DNA from: Nemertoderma westbladi
Taxonomy: Eukaryota > Animalia > Xenacoelomorpha
Reading direction: 5' to 3'
Assembly (NCBI GenBank): GCA_032718475.1
Contig: JAUCBJ010005415.1
Coordinates: forward strand, 1 to 48,043
Length of the DNA stretch: 48,043 bases
The notes under the pieces are model-generated. The model worked only from the letters and a program-made list of their open reading frames with translations. It was not told the origin of the DNA and made no database searches. A program made the translations under genes and the position numbers. Within the stretch, counting starts at the first letter, position 1. Each line of letters starts with the position of its first letter. Shown one piece after another: positions 44,918-48,043 of the stretch.

Positions 44918-47194
44918 TCAACCGAAGTCTGAGTCGTCGTGTTCACCAACCGACACGGGTTGGACAGCTGCAGATAGTTCCTCGTCCGATTCAATCTCCG
45001 AACCTGTTCGAACATTCCGAGATCCCAACTGCCGGAAAAGATCCCCCGGATTCCGGCTGCTTAGCAACACACGACCTCGATCCCGCTGCTTCTGGTAACT
45101 TAGCAACTCAGAGTCGGTAGTATCATCCGCCTTCGGCCCTCGAAAGTTGGTTGGCCCCCCTCGGAGGGCCGTAGCAGCCCCGCTGGACTCCCACGAAGCG
45201 GCCACCGGGAATATCTCGTTCTCTAAGTTATCGCTAGCTTCGTCGTCCTCTAGAACCCCAGGTCGCCATCCGACAACCCCGGAATCTTGGATCATCCGCT
45301 GTAAAGCGATCCGTTCAGCTTCTATATCGTGATGCGGTTGAACTGAGGAACGAGATACCGATAGTTCTTCTTGGAAATCTTCAAATCCCAAATAATTATT
45401 TGTTTCTGTGAGCTCATCTTGAGGAAAACTTGTATCCATCTCTTGAGGAACATTCGTATTCATTTCTTTGGGAACATTCGTATTGATTTCTCTGGGAACA
45501 CTTGTTTCCATTTCTTGAGGAACATTCGTATTCATTTCTTTGGGAACATTCGTATTGATTTCTCTGGGAACAGTTGTTTCCACTCCAGTTTCCTCAAATA
45601 TAATACCATTCGTTTTATCTACAATATCCGCAGAAGTTTTAACAACTTGGTGATTTGATTTACTTTCAGTTTGTTTATATTTCTTGTTTATCGATTTAGC
45701 AACCCTTGGCGACCCTGTACTTGCTGGTGGTTTCTCTATCTGCGGGGATTTATGGGGGGCACCGTTGGTTGTTTTAGTTGGTGGAGATGGAGGCGGTGGT
45801 GGGGACTGGAGCAAAGATGCCGAAGTCGATGTATCATCGCATTCCTGGTTATCTAAAGCGAGTTGATTAGTTAGTAATTGAGTGACGAGGAGAACAGCGG
45901 TGGAACAGTTCCGCTTGCTGGCAAGTCCTGGAGTGAACAAATTCGCTAAATCTGTAGGAGTAAGAATATCGGAACCAACCAAGGAGCGCATGTGGTTTAT
46001 TATTCTGTCGAATAGACCGTGAAGCATCGGTACGATAAACGTTCTCAAGCTGGAAACTGAATCCGGGATATTCTCCGATTGGATAATAAAGTCTGGGATT
46101 AGAGGGTCACTAACTCCACTTAGAGTTCGAACAATGTTAGGTAACTGCTGGACAACCAATCGACACAAACAACTCGCTGTGTCAGCAGACCAGACTGGTT
46201 TCATCGTGTTCACATCGCTGATGAGTTTGTTCGCCAACTTGTTGCTTAGTTTTGTAGGTTGATATAGAAACGGCCTAAATAAGGAATCGTTACAACTCTC
46301 CTCTATCATCCTCAACAAACTGGAAAACCCCTGGAATGTAAGCGATGCAACATTGAACGACTTCTTAATGTTTATTTTACTAAATAAAAGTTTGGTAATT
46401 CCACCTTTTTGACCAGTGGGATTTACCTTTTGTGAATTTGTCACTACCCGTTTAGAATTTGCAAATTCTTCGCGAAGTTGTGAAATTTCTTCTATTTCCA
46501 ATTTCACGGGATTGTCAGACTCAACTTTTTCTGTAGTTTTCTTTATTTGGGGCGAATTAGTTCGAATGAGGCTCTGGTGTGGGTTATTTTCAATTCCAAA
46601 CTGGTATTCATTTTCAGAATTGACTTCATTGTACATATTGCGTCCAGGCTGATCGCCTTTTATTAATATTCTTGACAGTTGCGTTTCATTTTGTATTATA
46701 TTTATTGGAGATTGAGTGAATGATTCATTGTTAATGTTATCTTCTTTAGTTAATAATTTCCCGTCATCTTTTGTTAAGGACTTGTCGTTTTTTATAGAAC
46801 GTGTTTTATAATTTTCTTTGATTTTCTGTTGGTTTATATTCTGAGCTTCAATTTCCTGTCGCCACCTTGGGAAGACCTTCTCAATGTAAGATTCATATTG
46901 ACCTTTTAGGAAACGTAATCTATCAGTATTTACATTCAGTCCGTTCATACGATATTCAATATCATCTATCTCTCCCAACAACATTTTATTTTGCAATTCA
47001 TGGTGGGCCTGCAAATTATGGAATTCTTTTTGCAAAGCTTGCAGTTCAGCTTGACGTAATCTTGCCATTCGATAATCCGAATGATAAAAGCTATTCAGTT
47101 TGGTCTGCAGAACTAGTCTATTTTGTTCGCTTGAATGTATTTGACATTGCAGCTCCTTTAATTTGCTATAAAACTCAACATTACTCGAGGCCAT
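44918..47194 (-). CDS. KIZ: Centrosomal protein Kizuna-like, single coding exon
   Basis: 758-aa ORF. The N-terminal coiled coil EFYSKLKELQCQIHSSEQNRLVLQTKLNSFYHSD resembles Kizuna (DYYERLGQLQHGLRDSEKKRLDLEKKLYEYNQSD, recalled from memory). Also a central LTFQGFSSLLRMIEE segment and an acidic DDSDF end. Confidence 0.72.
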   Translation of the reverse strand: MASSNVEFYSKLKELQCQIHSSEQNRLVLQTKLNSFYHSDYRMARLRQAELQALQKEFHNLQAHHELQNKMLLGEIDDIEYRMNGLNVNTDRLRFLKGQYESYIEKVFPRWRQEIEAQNINQQKIKENYKTRSIKNDKSLTKDDGKLLTKEDNINNESFTQSPINIIQNETQLSRILIKGDQPGRNMYNEVNSENEYQFGIENNPHQSLIRTNSPQIKKTTEKVESDNPVKLEIEEISQLREEFANSKRVVTNSQKVNPTGQKGGITKLLFSKINIKKSFNVASLTFQGFSSLLRMIEESCNDSLFRPFLYQPTKLSNKLANKLISDVNTMKPVWSADTASCLCRLVVQQLPNIVRTLSGVSDPLIPDFIIQSENIPDSVSSLRTFIVPMLHGLFDRIINHMRSLVGSDILTPTDLANLFTPGLASKRNCSTAVLLVTQLLTNQLALDNQECDDTSTSASLLQSPPPPPSPPTKTTNGAPHKSPQIEKPPASTGSPRVAKSINKKYKQTESKSNHQVVKTSADIVDKTNGIIFEETGVETTVPREINTNVPKEMNTNVPQEMETSVPREINTNVPKEMNTNVPQEMDTSFPQDELTETNNYLGFEDFQEELSVSRSSVQPHHDIEAERIALQRMIQDSGVVGWRPGVLEDDEASDNLENEIFPVAASWESSGAATALRGGPTNFRGPKADDTTDSELLSYQKQRDRGRVLLSSRNPGDLFRQLGSRNVRTGSEIESDEELSAAVQPVSVGEHDDSDFG
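45415..45580 (-). repeat. Coding tandem repeat in KIZ (24-nt units, 72-nt higher-order repeat)
   Basis: VPREINTN-VPKEMNTN-VPQEMETS repeated twice. Confidence 0.9.
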
Positions 47195-48043
47195 TTAAAA
47201 ACCATTTATATGCATATATATTGTATTAACAGCATTAAGAAGGCCTATTGGTTCTAAACGTCTACACTAACTACCGGTACAAGTCTAAATTAATAAAAAC
47301 TACTTCAGTAATACGGTATAACATAGGTCTACTACAGTTGATGTACCGGTACTCCGTTCATAAACAAATTACTATTACACAGCATCGTATGGCCAGAGTG
47401 TACCGACATGAGAGTAAAAACCTAAGCAATCATTTTGTGAACATCCATATTGCCTGTTTTATAAATGCTTTAAGTTGTTATGGGCTGTTCTGTTTGATTG
47501 GTTGTGAATGTAATTACTTGCTAATCTTGGCCAGTATTAAATGCACTAAATCAACAAGCAATCAATGTAACTTAGTAGTTTACATTTAAATATTAGCAGT
47601 ACAGCAGTATGCCGGTAGCTCTATGTACTCTCATACTCTAACCAACTTACCTAATGAGTGATTGTTCAGTTGTTTGCAGTGACTGACGTAATAATGAAAT
47701 AATGCAGGAATGTACTTAAGAATATATTACAATATGATGGACTCTTGCTGGCCTCTAGGATAGAGGCCATAGGCCTGTTTACAGCTTTAATCTTTGTAAA
47801 ATACTGTCATATCGTACAGTACAGCATTAACTGGACATTTAATGTGGGTAAATAATACGTAATACAGTATGCAGTAGAGGGCTTTTCTAAACAAACAATA
47901 AACGTTGTTGTTAGTTACCTTATAACCAAAACAATAAACTGTGTTGGCCAGGTTACATGGTGTCGCTTTTCTAACCAAAACAATATAAGTTGTTGTTACA
48001 ATAAATAATACTATAAATAATTATTACCGGTCTACCGGTACCA

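Noticed and set aside
47248-47978. ORFs upstream of KIZ
   Set aside because: No recognisable motifs and non-ATG starts; likely promoter or intergenic DNA.

Overview
This is AT-rich animal (probably invertebrate) genomic DNA. It holds two apparently intronless host genes on the minus strand, CEP72/LRRC36-like (14033-17215) and Kizuna/KIZ-like (44918-47194), whose human orthologues are binding partners at the centrosome. They are surrounded by nests of LTR retrotransposons. The left nest (1-10.7 kb) is a decayed BEL/Pao element interrupted by an intact, GC-rich CsRn1-type Ty3/Gypsy element with a -1 frameshift signal, and by another LTR family. The central nest (21.4-41.7 kb) is an old minus-strand BEL/Pao element (A) that has received a solo LTR, a tRNA-derived SINE and a young, internally deleted relative (B, 1213-bp LTRs, GGTAG TSD) in the opposite orientation. 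Removing the nested insertions at their TSDs reconstructs a ~1350-codon extra ORF in the env position of element A. It contains a WRN/EXD-like DEDDy 3'-5' exonuclease region and Cys/His zinc knuckles, and is the most novel-looking system here. All alignments were done by eye; no database searches were run.
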